From: Eledone cirrhosa
Lineage: Eukaryota
Length of the DNA stretch: 64,000 nucleotides
NCBI GenBank assembly: GCA_964016885.1
Contig: OZ024745.1
Location: 127,038,001 to 127,102,000, forward strand
Direction of reading: 5' to 3'
The translations under genes and the position numbers were made by a program. Below are positions 27,580 to 42,945 of this stretch, piece after piece (within the stretch, counting starts at the first letter, position 1; every line of letters begins with the position of its first letter). The notes under the pieces were generated by a model. That model made no database searches. It was not told the DNA's origin and saw only the letters and a program-made list of their open reading frames with translations.

Positions 27580-27740
27580 GTGGATTGGCAGCATAGGTAG
27601 AGGGTCGGACGCCATGCTTTGCAGCAAAGAGTTACGGCTCTTTTTGATCAAATCTCGCCGAAGTAAACTTTGCTTTTCATCCTTACGGGGTCGATAAAAT
27701 AAAGTACCAATAATGCACTGGGATAATTACTGGCCTTGTG
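27580..27740 (+). mobile_element. tRNA-derived SINE
   Basis: Match to the main SINE. Confidence 0.8.
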
Positions 27741-29746
27741 AATACAGCCGATTTCTTCAGAGAAGGGTAGAGAGTGAGATAGTGGAAGTGAGAAAGAGAC
27801 ATAGAGGAAGAATCAATCCCAGTACTAGACTGGTACTTTTTCCTTCGACCACGAAAGAATGAAAGTCAAAGTTGATTTCATCGGGATTTCAACTCAGGGC
27901 GCCTACCACACTAGACACAAAGGGGAAAAAATAAAACAAAAAGAAAAATAACTCATGACGTCCTTCAGAAGTTTACCTAATATACTCCATTGAAAAACAA
28001 TATTCAAACCTAATTTAATTACTGGTAAGGAAGCAACAGACGTCATTAAACAGTAGCCGTCATATAACGTGGTTTCTGTATAACTGCAGTAACAATTACC
28101 CAGTTATGTAATAAGTATTGCACAATTAAGACAACCACTAATTAACAAAGTCCAACCGTATATAATTAACGAATAAGAACCGAATACAAACTATATTGTG
28201 CCCACTGGACCCTTTTTATAATAAAATATCACTCTCTCAACAACAAACATTCTCACTGAAATAAACTAGTCGCTTAACAATTAAAACTAGAACCGACTAA
28301 ATAAAAGCCTTGAGATTATCTATTGTATGATGTGATAGTCCCATAACTCCTGTTGGTGTCGTAGGGGGCCACATATGGCGTGGCGTTTCTTGGACATTTA
28401 AAACCTGGCGGAGCCCATCTCACTCCAGTCTGAACACAACAGATATCCACCAGAGAAGGATTGAGAGAGGGGAGGGGAGAAAGTGGGAGAGAGATTTAGA
28501 GGAAAAATCGACCGCAACACATGACTGGTACTGTTTTTATCGACCTCGAAAGGATGAAAGACGAAGTTGACCTCGGTGGGAATTGAACTCAGAGAGTAGA
28601 GAACCGGAACCAAGACCATAAAGTATTCTATCCGACATTCTCGCGACTCTGCCAATAATGAAATTATCTATTAACCAAATCTGAAACCTTTCGTGAGTCA
28701 GGAATTCACTTAATGAACAGATAACCCCGAACAAAAATGATATTAAACCACAACCTATCCAACCTTGAAAAAGACCCCTAGCTTGGTCATTAACTTAACA
28801 ATTAGAAAACATGGAACAAAACGAGATAACAAGCTCAGCTAATAAATTAGTAATTCTAAAATTGAGAAACTTATACTAAACAACACTAATAAAATAGATA
28901 CCATCAAAAAACTCTTTCTCTCGTTTTCTTCACATTTATGGCATTTATTGTCCTTTCCACTACTTTCCTATACAGCCAGATCTGCCCTTCTTTACCCTTT
29001 CCCCCTCGCTTTTTTATTACTTAATTTTGTTTTTATCTTTTTGTTTAATATTTCCATCATTGTATAACTTCTGTTAGTAAAATATAGTTGACATATGTTT
29101 ATGTATAACAGATAACAAAATATTTCCATCATTGTATAACTTCTGTCTGTAAAATATAGTTGACATAAGACCTAAAACCATAACCATGTATCTATCTATA
29201 TACTACTAAAACTCTGTGATTGTGTGCTTGTCTGTAATTTAATACAACCATAGGGCCTTCCTACATTTGTCTCAATTTCTTTTCTTCTTTCGTTGCATTC
29301 TTTCTTTCTGGTATTAAAGGTAGATATAGTTTTCTTCAGAATTCAGAGTTCTAAATGCATCATCTTTCAAAATTCATTAAACAATTATTTGTCTAATGAG
29401 CTTCACTGGTTTATAATTCCATTTCTGTAGAACTGCCCTTTCCTTCTGGGGTACCAGTGCCAATGTGTTCAGGCAATCCCTGCGACATTATTCGTTGCAT
29501 TCTTTCTTTCTGGTATTTAAGGTAGATATAGTTTTCTTCAGCTGTAGATGTTATTTCTTTCAACATATGTTGATAAGGAAAATCTTTGCTTAGGATCACA
29601 CTGATTCTACCGTTGGTGGGAGGAAACAAGACTTCCTGTTGAGTAGGAATCTGATTGACATCTTGTAGCCGTAGAAAGAGCAGATGGAATTGGCAATTTA
29701 GCATTCCTTGGCTCCCTGCCTGCCTACTCAGACACGTGTCTGTATT

Positions 29747-29797
<51 letters not shown>

Positions 29798-29869
29798 CTA
29801 TCCAAACTGAACCTGAACCGATAAGGTTTGGTTTCTTGGGTATGTCACCATTTATAAAACAAATTTTAT

Positions 29870-29928
29870 ATTTTATCTGATGAGGGCGTACCAAAATTTT
29901 GGTACCCATGAAACATATATAATAAAAT
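29870..29928 (+). ncRNA. Minimal type I hammerhead motif
   Basis: ATTTTAT CTGATGA GG gc GTACC aaaatttt GGTAC CC at GAAA catata TA ATAAAAT. Confidence 0.65.
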
Positions 29929-30015
29929 AAATATGGTTTTATAAATATAGTTTCCATTTATTAATATCATTGATATATATATATATATACATATACATGT
30001 ATACACACACACATA

Positions 30016-30077
<62 letters not shown>

Positions 30078-30129
30078 CATACACATATACATGTATATAT
30101 ATATATACACACACATATATATATATGCA

Positions 30130-30582
<453 letters not shown>

Positions 30583-30807
30583 ATTTTTCAATCATATATA
30601 TTTTTATTTGTTTGACCCGAATTACTTGATCGTATTTTTTGGCTGTGCGAATTATTGTTTAAGCATCGTCTCAGTGTGTTGGTATTAAACGTTGGTTATA
30701 GCTCTGGTTCATCCGAACCATTGAGCACTTTGCCGCACATTTCGAAGATTGTTTTTCGTTATTTCGTGGGCCGAAGTTCCGATTCTCGATAATTTTATTT
30801 GTATTTT

Positions 30808-30848
<41 letters not shown>

Positions 30849-30920
30849 CGGTGTGTATTCATGTAGGTGAATATTTTCTCATTCTTATTCTGTAGAAAAT
30901 ATCCATGCATATACAATGTC

Positions 30921-30994
<74 letters not shown>

Positions 30995-31008
30995 GCACGC
31001 ACGCACGC

Positions 31009-31052
<44 letters not shown>

Positions 31053-31999
31053 ACATACACACAGGCGTGTATGTATGTATGTATGTATGTATGTATGTAT
31101 GTATGTATGTATGTATGTATGTATGTAGAGAGTTTGGCAACAGGTCAGTGACCTTAGTCTACAATGGTAATGACATGTGTAAATGTAAATGTGATAGTGG
31201 GGAGAGAGTATAGACATTATTGTGGGTGGCGGGGGACAGTGAGATGTATCTAGTTCTTTTGTCCGTTTTCTTCTCTTTGCAAAATTTGAATTTTAGCCAT
31301 GTTATATTGAGATGAAAGTAAATGTAAAATGTAAATAAGGATTGCTCTGGCAAAATATACGAAAATATTTGTGTAAAATCCACAAACATCTGTCATGATA
31401 TTCCCGAGTCCAGTGACCAAAAATTTGTTGTATTTTGATGTTTCAGAATACAAAAATTAATTATTAATTTATGTGTGTGTATATACATCACTGAGTCAAA
31501 CGACCAGATTTCAACCCCAACATCTACAACAACAACACCGGCACTAATGTTTCCAGCAACAGCTTCAGAATGAAATGAAATGAACATTAACAACAACAAC
31601 AGCGGCAACAAACGATAAAAAAAACCCACAAAACAAAAGAAAACACACACACACAACACAACAACAACATCAACTGCCACCATCCACCGCCGCCATCACC
31701 ATCACCAGCGATCGGGCCTTAAGAAAACAATAACTTTAATAATAATAATTTTTCTGCTTTTGGCACGGAGCCAGCGATTGTTCCAGCGCATTACTGGTAC
31801 TCTCTTTTGTTGACTCCGGGGATGAAAGGCAAGGTTGACCTTGGTGGGATTTGAGCTCGAAGCGTGGAGGGCCATAGCTCTATGCTGTAAAGCAATTATA
31901 ATAATACTGAACGGTAACACGAACAGCTTCAACTATACGAACTCTTTTGAAAGTCAACAGTTGACATAATCTTGTAATCTTGTATCAGTAATGACGGTA

Positions 32000-32043
<44 letters not shown>

Positions 32044-32189
32044 AAGTGAGTAGCGTGTGTGTGTTTGTTTGTATGTATGAGTGTTGCTGTGTGCGCGCGT
32101 ATGTATGTGTGTGCGCGCGTGTGTGTATGTCGTACGTATGAGTGTCAATAAGTGCATTTTTTCTTCTTTTTTTTTCTTCTTTATGCGCG

Positions 32190-33215
32190 GGGACATAGAA
32201 ATAATCGGGCTGGACACCCGATCGCGCAGTTAAACCACTGGGAGTGAAGAACCCCTAGCCCTTGTCAGGCCATTCTTCTAGGAGAAGGCAACTCAGGAAA
32301 CTGGGATAACTTCGATATAAAACCTGCGGCTCAGTAGTTACCGATGATGTTGATCTTTTCTTCTTTTCGGGTTATAGCTACTGTCGCTCAGAGAGTGGGA
32401 TTGGCTCAGTGCACATTCTTTCCTCACTTTAAAAATATTCTTCACGCACAGGCATTGTACGATTGCATTAATTAATAATTATTAATAGTGTATTATTATC
32501 ATTATTATTATTATTGTTACGATTATTATTACTTTTTTTTTTCCCCCCAATTCAATGATGTTCCAAAACAATATAAAAGAGATAATTGGCAATAAGGGTT
32601 CTGGAGCAAAAGAGATAATTGGCAATAAGGGCAGGGGGCCCAGGTTATCACAGCCTGGGCCCGCTCGTCATCGTGCCACTGTAATAGAGCCAAACAAGGC
32701 ATTTAGTCTTGGCTACTGGAACGTACGGACACTGCTTGACAGGGATTCCTTGGAACGTCCTGAACGAAGGACCGCTCTTGTTGCAAAGGAGCTTCGACGT
32801 TACGATCTTGACATCGTATCTTTATCTGAGACGAGGTTAGCTGGAGATGGTCATCTTACAGAATTTTGTGGAGAATAAACATTCTTCTGGAAAGGAAGAG
32901 ATGAAGGAACCAGAAGAGAGGCGGGGGTTGCATTTGCTGTTAAGACTGTTCTTGTGAATAAATTAGAATAATTCCCAGTAGGGCTTAGTGAGCGTCTTAT
33001 GTCCATGAGAATTCCGCTGGACAAAGGAAGATATGCCACCCTGGTGAGTGTGTATGCTCCAACTATGAATTCTGTCGATGAAGAAAAAGTGTCCTTTTAC
33101 CATGCATTGAAAGGTGTTTTAAGAAATATCCCTCAGGCAGACAAAGTCATCGTGAACCAAACTCTATAATCAGACAAGCGATTGCAATACTCTTAACAGA
33201 GTTTGCAGCCATCAG
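32190..33215 (+). mobile_element. Internally deleted RTE/BovB-like element: 5' UTR, APE endonuclease remnant, 3' tail
   Basis: LGYWNVRTLLD..RPERRTALVAKELRRYDLDIVSLSETRL, TFFWKG, GVAFAV, SERLMSMRIPL, ATLVSVYAPT; two in-frame stops; ends at (TATG)n. Confidence 0.88.
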
Positions 33216-33669
33216 GTGTGTATGTGTGTTTGTAAGTATGTATGTGTGTATGTATGTATGTAAGTATGTATGTATGAATGTATGTACGCTGGTGTGATAC
33301 GTTGTCTTAACAAAATGGCTCAAATAGGTTGTGGTTATCACCTCTGCTGGCCAAACTCCCTCACACCCGTGGTGTTGAGGGTCGGTATGTCTGAGCTGGG
33401 CAGTGGATTGAGCTCCTGCTGGCCTACAAAATGGCTAAAAAAACGTTATGGTTATCACAGACTCTCTCCCATGCATCCCCATCATGGTGCTGGCTCCGCC
33501 AAATTGGGTGTGAAAGCGAGAGCTCGGTGCTACAACCGATGCAATGCTTGGATTGCACTATCCTAAAGTGCAGCATATACGTGTAGGGCTAGGCACCACA
33601 TGTGGGACCAATCGCCCGAAGAAACTCCATTAAAACGAATTTCTTCCACTCCTCTTTTTGTCCATGTCT

Positions 33670-34050
33670 ACTTATTCCTGAGAGAGTCATGGAGGCAGAG
33701 TCCTTAAACACTCCCCCAAGCAGGTCCTGTCAGAACCAACCGTCTCCAACTGATATGGCTGGATCCCCAACCGAGACCAGCCAAGCTCATGGATGTTATC
33801 CAACCATCTTTCTCTGGGTCTACACCTGGGTCTCCTGTCGTTTGGTTTTGTCTGTAAAATCTGTCCAACGATTCTTCCATGAGAATCTAATCACATGCCC
33901 ATAGATGGGAGCTGTGATCTCTCAATTTGGAGAAGTAGCGGCTCCACCTGGAATGACTCTATGATCTCCGAGCTACGCATTTTGTCGTGTCACGTTACTC
34001 CAAAGATTCCATTTAAATGTTTCATTAATATGTTGTCTATCTCTTCAATG
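33670..34050 (-). mobile_element. RTE LINE 3' fragment
   Basis: Paralogue of 19921-20265. Confidence 0.7.
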
Positions 34051-34802
34051 GAATCAGCTGAACCCACCCCTCGTGAACGCTGCCACAACCCATTCCTGGA
34101 TGAACACCACCACATGTACAAGTATACATAGGTAATAAGTCATTAAGAAACAGCATAGGCAGCTAAAATAGTTGAATTACAAGAGAAATAAGTGGTAGTT
34201 ACAACATAGTTTACTTCTACATTCTAACTCTTCTATAAAATATGTAATGTAGAAGGAGAATGGATTACATCATTTTATTACGATCATATTTGTATATGTG
34301 TGTGAACATATATTTTCTCGTGCTCACACACACACACACACTCACATAATTATGTGTGTGTATGTATGTATTTGCGCGCGTGTATGTATGTGTGTATGTA
34401 TGTATGTGTATGTATGTATGTACGTACAAACGTATGTATGTATGAATGTATGTATGTGTGTACATGTGTATGTATGTACGTACATACGTATGTATGTATG
34501 GGTGTATGTGGGTGTATGTATGTATGTAAGTACATACGTATGTATGTATGTATGTATGTATGTATGTATGTATGTATGTATGTATGTATGTATGTATGTA
34601 TGTATGTATGTATGTGTGTATGTATATATGTGTGTGTATATATGTTTGTAGGTTAATTCTCCCAGCTCTTAAATGTAAACAACATTGTATGTGAAACATC
34701 GAACTTTCGTAGCGAAGCAAAACGCTGAGGAATTATAAAGCTCAGAGAAAATGTAAGAAATTCAGTCGCAGAAATATCTGTAAATACAGCTGATAGTTAT
34801 AA

Positions 34803-35120
34803 CTAGACCAAGAAATATATATATAGAGAGAGAGAAGGTGATAATATATAGATAGAGAGAAGGTTATAATATATATATAGTGAGGGTTATAATATGTAGA
34901 AAGAGAGGGGGTTAGCTGTTGGCTATTTATGAAGGAACCCGGAAAAACCCCGTATCTCGGGAACCCATGCTCCGATTTACGCGAAACTTGTTTTATTCCA
35001 TTTGTATTCCCATTTCAGGGTCAACTTCCTTTCAAAGTATTTTCCCATTATGCGCGCTGTTTTGGCTGTATTACAATACAGACAAGCACACAGTCAGACT
35101 TTTAGTAGTGTATAGATAGA
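34803..35120 (-). mobile_element. Non-autonomous Helitron
   Basis: Minus strand A|TCTATCTATAC...CTAG|T; the same 5' end recurs at ~29191-29245 (+). Confidence 0.65.
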
Positions 35121-35392
35121 TAGTTTAGAAACCAGGATTGTTGACTGAGGTCGTTTAGTTCAATAATTAAGAACAATCAGCTGGTATCTGAAAGCTACGT
35201 AGTTGGATACTTTATAGCGGCCGATGACCACTTTTTTCCGTCCCTAAGGTATTTTACCCATTTGACTAAACTATTATTTATACCAGATGTTCTCAAACGT
35301 TTTGGACCACCACCCCCTCATGATTACGTAATACTCTCACCGCCCCCACTACTATTTCCAGAGAGACCTGCCTACACGCAAATTGTAAATAA

Positions 35393-35930
35393 TCTATATA
35401 TATATATATATATAAAACTGAGGATGTCTGACTGTGTGTATGTGTCTGTGAGTTTGAAGCCCTAAAACTCGAGAAGTACCCAACCGATTTTTTTCAAACT
35501 TTACATGTGTATTACTTATGTTTCAGGGAGTGTTATGCACATAAAATTCAACTTTTTGATCCCCTAGGGCCCGCATTATGTGAACAACTGCGGGTTTTTT
35601 CAGCTTTTTAGGGTTTTTTGAGGCGTTACGTCAGACCGATTTCCTTGAAATTGTAACTATGTATTAGTCAGTCTCTTCTTCATACCGTGAGCAAAGAAAA
35701 TCCAAGGCATATTATGCACATAAGAAAAATTCATTTTCTTGATTCCCTAGGGCCCGCATTAGGTGAAAACCTGCATTTTTCCTGCTTCATCGAGGAAAAT
35801 CTTAAACATTATCCAGCCATCAAAGTATTCGGTTTATTTTGTCCAGGCATGCAGTTTTTCCACGATTAGGTCTGTTGGCGGCCCGCGTTCCAAAATACCT
35901 TATCCCGTGCAACGCCAGGTACACCGCTAG
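35393..35930 (+). mobile_element. Non-autonomous Helitron
   Basis: A|TC start, subterminal cccgtgcaacgccagg hairpin-like motif, CTAG|T end, no TSD. Confidence 0.8.
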
Positions 35931-36681
35931 TATCTAATAAAAATCGTTAATTTATATAAAACAAATAACATATATATATATACTGTGTATAAATAAATAT
36001 ATATATTTTTATTTTACTATCTAGGGCGGGTAAAATTACCGAGATGTTCTTTTCAGTGGCTGATAATACCTTACTGGCGTCGCTCGAATAAGGTAATTAT
36101 TTAAGCCATAAATGGGTCCCTAACAGGTACTACTACTCCGTGCCAGAGCACACCTGGGTTTGATAACAACTCCACATTCCCCCACAGCTCCTGAACTTCC
36201 AAACTGAAGCCTTGCCACTGGATGTAGTTTAATGTCATACCCAGGACATTTTACTATACTTATATATAATATGTATTAGTTGATATTTAATATACTATTA
36301 TATCATCTCTAACGATCCCCTCTCACCGCTCTCATACGTCCCAGTGTATAGAGAGCAAAAGAGAATTGATCTCCCTTTATTTGATCAATTCTCTTTTGCT
36401 CTCTATACCTCTACTAGCTATATTTTCCCCTCATCTGTTTTCTCTCTGTCTTTTTTTCTTTCCTCTTTCTTCAATAATTATTTGAATCTCTAACAGTTAT
36501 GTAAATTACTGTTATGTATTTTTAAGCCTTCTTACACGCACCCTCTGATTATATGTATTATATGTAAGTTTTTTCATGTCTCAATCTTAAGGTATATAAA
36601 TATTGAGTTTTGTCATATCTTACTCACTACCATGACTGGATCTTAACCATCTACTATGTCAGGGTATGTCATGCATCATCT

Positions 36682-36748
36682 TATTTTATCTGATGAGGAC
36701 GTACTGTTGAAGTTAGCTCAGTACCTCTGAAATATGTATAATAAAATA
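36682..36748 (+). ncRNA. Minimal type I hammerhead motif
   Basis: TATTTTAT CTGATGA gg ac GTACTG..CAGTAC ctct GAAA TATGTA TA ATAAAATA; element 36346-36795 starts with a 26-bp hairpin and ends at (TA)n. Confidence 0.7.
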
Positions 36749-36789
36749 TACTTGATCACAAGAAGTTCTATTTTTGTTAATATTTTGAA

Positions 36790-36860
<71 letters not shown>

Positions 36861-36865
<5 letters not shown>

Positions 36866-37262
36866 ATATTAACAAATGGAAACTACATTTATAAAACCAT
36901 ATTTATTTCATTATACATATTTCAAGGACACCAAAGCAAATTATGGTGCGCTTTCATCAAATAAAATATAATATAAATCAGTTTTATAAACAAAATATTG
37001 ACATACCCTTAAAGAATGCGACTATGTCGGTTGGAAGCTCCCGGATATAAAACTGATCTATATTATATTTTATCTGATGAAAGCGCACCATAATTTGCTT
37101 TGGTGTCCTTGAAATATGTATAATGAAATAAATATGGTTTTATAAATATAGTTTCCATTTGTTAATATATTGTATTTTTACTCCAATAATTTGTTGAGTG
37201 CTTTATATCAGTTATAAAAATATTTGCTTGTTGTATCCCAACAAATTGAATATAACTTCTAC

Positions 37263-37263
<1 letters not shown>
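36861..37263. mobile_element. Fold-back PLE-like terminus with two opposed hammerheads (36904-36967 minus, 37066-37130 plus)
   Basis: ~125-bp inverted arms, (TA)n on both sides. Confidence 0.8.
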
Positions 37264-37336
<73 letters not shown>

Positions 37337-37567
37337 CTGATGCAATGACTAAATTGCACTATCCTAAAGTGCAGCATATACATGCAGGGTTAGGCACCGC
37401 TTGTGAAATCAATCACCCGAGGAAACCCCATTGAAATGAACTACTTTTTGTAGTTCATTTTGTCCACATATTCCTGAGAGCGTCGTGGGGAGTCTTCAAG
37501 CAACTGATTCGGCTGGGTACCCAACCGTGACCAGCCAAGCTCATGGATGTCATCCAACCATCTGTGA

Positions 37568-37627
<60 letters not shown>

Positions 37628-37889
37628 GCACACATATATATATATACAGAAATATTTATATATATGTATGTATGTATATATACAGAGATTGGGGAGAGGA
37701 TGAACAATAAAAGGAAAACATACAAACGAATGTATGAATGCACGTGGTGTTTAGACACCTGAAGCAAGTGTGTATATATATATATTATACTGCCTGCTGG
37801 ATAAGTGGAGTGTTATACACCCCTGATCCTCTCCCTAGTATACTATATATACACACATATGCACATACATATATATATATATATATATG

Positions 37890-38014
<125 letters not shown>

Positions 38015-38525
38015 GGGGGGGGGTATAAAAACATGCCAAGTTTGGTTGGCGTCTAGCTATCATGAAAGGGCGGAGTAACCGAATTGAAAATTATTTCAGT
38101 CAACTTAAAAAACAAGTCTAGAATTTAGGTTGGTATCCGAACAAGTAAAATACATCTGAGCAAGCGAAATGACTTCAGTCTCAGCGATATCACAATAAAT
38201 AGTAGACCTCTGGATGGCGAGAAGCTGTTGAAATAATTGAAATTTCATGAGCTTAAGAACTCTAAGATAAATTATAAGAAATGCAAAGTGATTTAGTCAA
38301 TTAAAGTCACAGTAACCTTTTTTCAGATTGCTTTTGGAAAATGTCGAAACAGAACAAAATACAATAGTGTTTATTTAACAATTTAATTCACTAACACAAA
38401 CGGTGAAAAAAGCACGGATTCTATACAATAATCACACACACACATATATACACATGTTTACATACACACGTGTTTACACACACACACACACATATATATA
38501 CACATGTTTACATACACACATGTTT

Positions 38526-38556
<31 letters not shown>

Positions 38557-38756
38557 CACATGTTTACATAGACACATGTTTACACACACACACACACAAA
38601 TGCACGGGGCACAAAACCTTGAATGTATATATATATATATATATGTATGTATGGGTATGTATCGAGTACGTGATATATGCATATATATATAATTATACAC
38701 ATGCACACACACACACACACACACGTGTATATATATACATACACACACACACACAC

Positions 38757-38841
<85 letters not shown>

Positions 38842-39067
38842 TACGTATGTACATATATACACATAGGCATGTACATACATACACATACAAGCACACACAC
38901 CATATATAAATATATATTTATACATATATATATAAATATACGCACATTTAAACGTACACACACACACACATATATGTACACACACGCACACACACATATA
39001 TATATATATATATAAATATGTGAGAGAGCATGTGTATAATTATATATATATATAAATATATATATAA

Positions 39068-39273
39068 AACAAAGGAAGTGTGGTAAGGAACCAGATGGAC
39101 TATAACGCACCAGAGTACTCAATACTTAGAGTAGTAGAGTGAGAAATAGGAAAAAGTATGACCCCGACGGCAGAGCTCAAGCCGTTTCGACGGCTATTTC
39201 TGAGAGCGTCGTGGGAAGTCCAGAAATAGCCGTCGAAACGGCTTGAGCTCTGCCGTCGGGGTCATACTTTTTC
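39068..39273. mobile_element. Fold-back element truncated inside a hammerhead
   Basis: 53-bp arms 39150-39202 and 39221-39273 contain GAAA CGGC..GCCG TC GGGGTC (3' half of a hammerhead); paralogue at 48478-48671. Confidence 0.7.
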
Positions 39274-39336
<63 letters not shown>

Positions 39337-39589
39337 AGCATGTGTATAATTAGTATGTATGAACCATGAGATGTACTTAGTTGTTTACAGTATAACAACA
39401 TCCAAGTGTGTTCGTAGATGTCAAATAGTTTGGCTGCCGCGAGAAGACCAAAAAGTTAAATGTTTTGGGAGAAAATGTCCTTAGATTTAGGAGAATACTT
39501 AAAGTCTATAGACTAAAAGTCACTCGACAATTTTATACAAATATATATATATACATATAATAAAAACGTACTTATTTACAGTAATGATG

Positions 39590-39775
39590 ATAATTGTTTC
39601 TACTTTTGGCACAAGGCCAGCAATTACCCAGTGCAATACTGGTACTTTATTTTATCGACCCCGTAAGGATGAAAGGCAAAGTTAACCTGGGCGGGATTTG
39701 AACTCAGAATATAAAGGGCCATAACTCCACACTAAAAGCATTGCGTCTGACGCTCTACCGATACTGTCAATCCAC
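39590..39775 (-). mobile_element. tRNA-derived SINE
   Basis: Match to the main SINE. Confidence 0.85.
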
Positions 39776-40759
39776 TGCTAATAATAATAATAATAATAAT
39801 GGTGTCTTATATAGGCACAAGGCCAGCAATTTTGGGTGAGGGGAAAGCCGATTAAATCGACCCCAGTGCGTGACTGTGGAATGCTCAGCCACTTGCACGT
39901 TAATTTCAGGAGCAGGTTGTTCTGTTGATCGGATCAACAGGAGTACTCGTCGTCGTAACCGACGGAGTGCTTTCCACATGGTAAAGTAATTACTGCCCTC
40001 GTGTCTAGCATAGAAAGGATCACAATGACTTGATCAACAATTTAGACAGTTGTGGCTGAAAATCGAACTATTGTTTCCGAATTTATAAATATTTAAAATC
40101 CAATATTTCAAGGAGACTGTCTGTGCTTGTTTATTATTACATTAACTGACTGCCACCTCTTTTACAAACACCCAAAGGCTATGTAATTGGGTCTTAAACA
40201 GCAACAAATACAAATGAAACTCATAATTTCTTTGTGAAAGGCTTTTAAAAAATATGGTTGTCATATCTTTTCTAACAATAAAACAATATCCGCAATCATT
40301 TGCAGTACCAGAACTGACAGCCGTATTTGGGATACTTGACAGGTCTATACAACAATCCATGTAATAGATATTAAAATCCGCAAGATCCTGCCATCAATGG
40401 GAAGCTTCCACTCCCCAGAAACTGATATTAATAGGATCTGTCACAGTAAAAAGAAGAGGTGATATTTGAGATTAATGTAGGTAGCCTTGAATGTTGTATA
40501 GCATCATTCAGAAAATATCTGCTATATATAATATTTATTACAGTTCTGTGAGTTATTACAGAAGAATGTACCACCCACTGTCTGAAGAAACTCCCGTATG
40601 CTGATGGCTGAGTTCTTATAACTGAATTTGTGGAAGATCTAGAGAAAACATACAAAACTTACAAACAAAATCTAGAATCAAATGACTTCGCTACGTAAGC
40701 TTAACAAACACTGAAGTTTTAATAAGTACGAAAGAAGACAAGGCCCTGTTGCCACCATG

Positions 40760-41570
40760 GAAATAACTGTGCTTGATATGCAGAAAATAGGTGGAGATTC
40801 CATATGGGCCATTTAATGTAAATTATGGGTAGACAAGCAGTGTAGTTGGACCAGTCGTAAGAAGGCGAACAGAAAAGGTAGACGTTGTTTGTGGCAGAAA
40901 TACAGGAGAAGTTAGCACTCAGAGAACGAGCATAATAAAATCATTCCAATGTTCGTAAGGCTCCATACATGTAGTCGATAACTTCTGATCAATAACTTCT
41001 GTTACCGAGGGAAGAATTCTTTGAAAGCATGGTAGCTAGAATATAAACAAGGTTTAAAAGTTCAGCAGGCTATTACTTCTGCTAGCAATAAAGGGATCCT
41101 CCAAGTGAAAGGTAGAATGTATGATGTTTGTATACGTAGTGTAATATTGTATAGGGCGAGAAGTTGCTTGAAGGATGGACAGAAACGAAGAGCGCATGAC
41201 CCTCGGGGAGGGGAAACCACCGAAAAGAAAATCCAAGGAAGGCAATGACAGAAATAATTATTTCTACTTTTAGCACAAGGCCAGCAATTACTTTCAGTGC
41301 ATTACTGGTATTTTATTTTATCTACCCCGTAAGGATGAAAGGCAAAGTTAACCTTGGCGGGATTTGAACTCAGAACGTAAAGGGTCATAACTCTATGCTG
41401 TAAATCATGGTGTCTGACGCTCTACCGATACTACCAATCCTAGGAAGGCAATGACAGAAATAATGAAAGCTGACTTCAGGATTTGAAACCTCAGAAAGAT
41501 TATAAAGGAACACTACAGGTGGCGAGGACACGTCGATTCATTGCAAGCATAGAAATATGGATGTGATAAA
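40760..41570 (+). mobile_element. Degenerate RTE LINE fragments interrupted by a SINE (41259-41441, minus) with 23-bp TSD
   Basis: VKGRMYDVCIRSVILY, GRGKPPK; TSD aggaaggcaatgacagaaataat at 41236-41258 and 41442-41464. Confidence 0.65.
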
Positions 41571-41793
41571 AATGATGATGCTAATAATACATACACACAC
41601 AAAGGCATACACACACACACACAGAGGCACACACACACACACGCTCACACAAAGGCATACACACGCTGACACGCACATACAAACTCACACAACCATACAC
41701 ACACACATACATATAAATATATAAATATATGTGTTTGTGTTTGTGTGTGTGTGTGTAATTAACCTTGTCATCATTTTATATATATGTATATAC

Positions 41794-41825
<32 letters not shown>

Positions 41826-42604
41826 TGAAATAACAACTCTAGTAGGCTACAGAACCACCTCTTACATTTATTTAATAATCAACATGCAAAGCCTATATGT
41901 GCTGGAATTATTTATATTTTCAGGCTGTTAAACTTAGCTTTTGTTTGTATTTCTCACTGCACAAGTTTTGAAATTTAACAGTCCGGAAAACCCCCAAACG
42001 ACTGTAACAATAACTCATTATTTTACATACTAGAAATATTTATATTATTATTTTAACTCTTATTCATATTTAATCTCACCTAACATAAACAGATGGTGCA
42101 TATATATTGCACTCACTATGAGCATATATTTCGCATATGGATTGAAATAAATTTTATCTTAAGATAGTATTTTATTTACTGTAATTTACAATACTTTCTC
42201 TAAATATTATTTGTTTCACAAGAGTTAATTTGATACATGTATTCAACCATATCCGTATTTTTATTTAATCATGATCTCATCTAAACCATGAATTATATTG
42301 AAAAACAAAAAAAGCTTAGGTCAGACGAATATTGTATTATATCGTATAATAATTGTTTCTAATTTTGGCACCAGGCCAGATATCGTACAATAATACTACC
42401 CAAACAAAACAACCCCTGATTTTTAAAAGCTACATTAGAGAACAACCCCACTTTTTATGCTCTCGGTGTCGATAAACAAAGTTCCAGTCCAGAAACAGTG
42501 GGCTGACAAAATTGCTGAAGCATCAGACGAGAAACTTTGCCATGTCTGTTCCGGCTCTTAGCGTCTTGAGTTCAAATTCCGCTTCCTGTGCGAACATAGA
42601 AAAT

Positions 42605-42783
42605 AATTGTTTCTACTTTTGGCACAAGGCCAGCAATTATCCCAGTGTATTACTGGTACTTTTATCGACCCCGTAAGGATGAAAGGCAAAGTTAACCTCG
42701 GCGGGATTTGAACTCAGATCATAAAGGGCCGTAACTCCATGCTACAAAGCATGGCGCCGGACCCTCTATCGATACATCCAATC
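42605..42783 (-). mobile_element. tRNA-derived SINE
   Basis: Match to the main SINE. Confidence 0.85.
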
Positions 42784-42903
42784 CAAAAATAATGGCAACC
42801 TACCCTGTTTACACCATCGTTTGCATACTCAAAGCCAATACGAAATGGCGCTGTGTTGCTGTGAGAAAAGCTACGCTCTGAAAAGGATATGATATTTGAA
42901 GTA

Positions 42904-42945
<42 letters not shown>

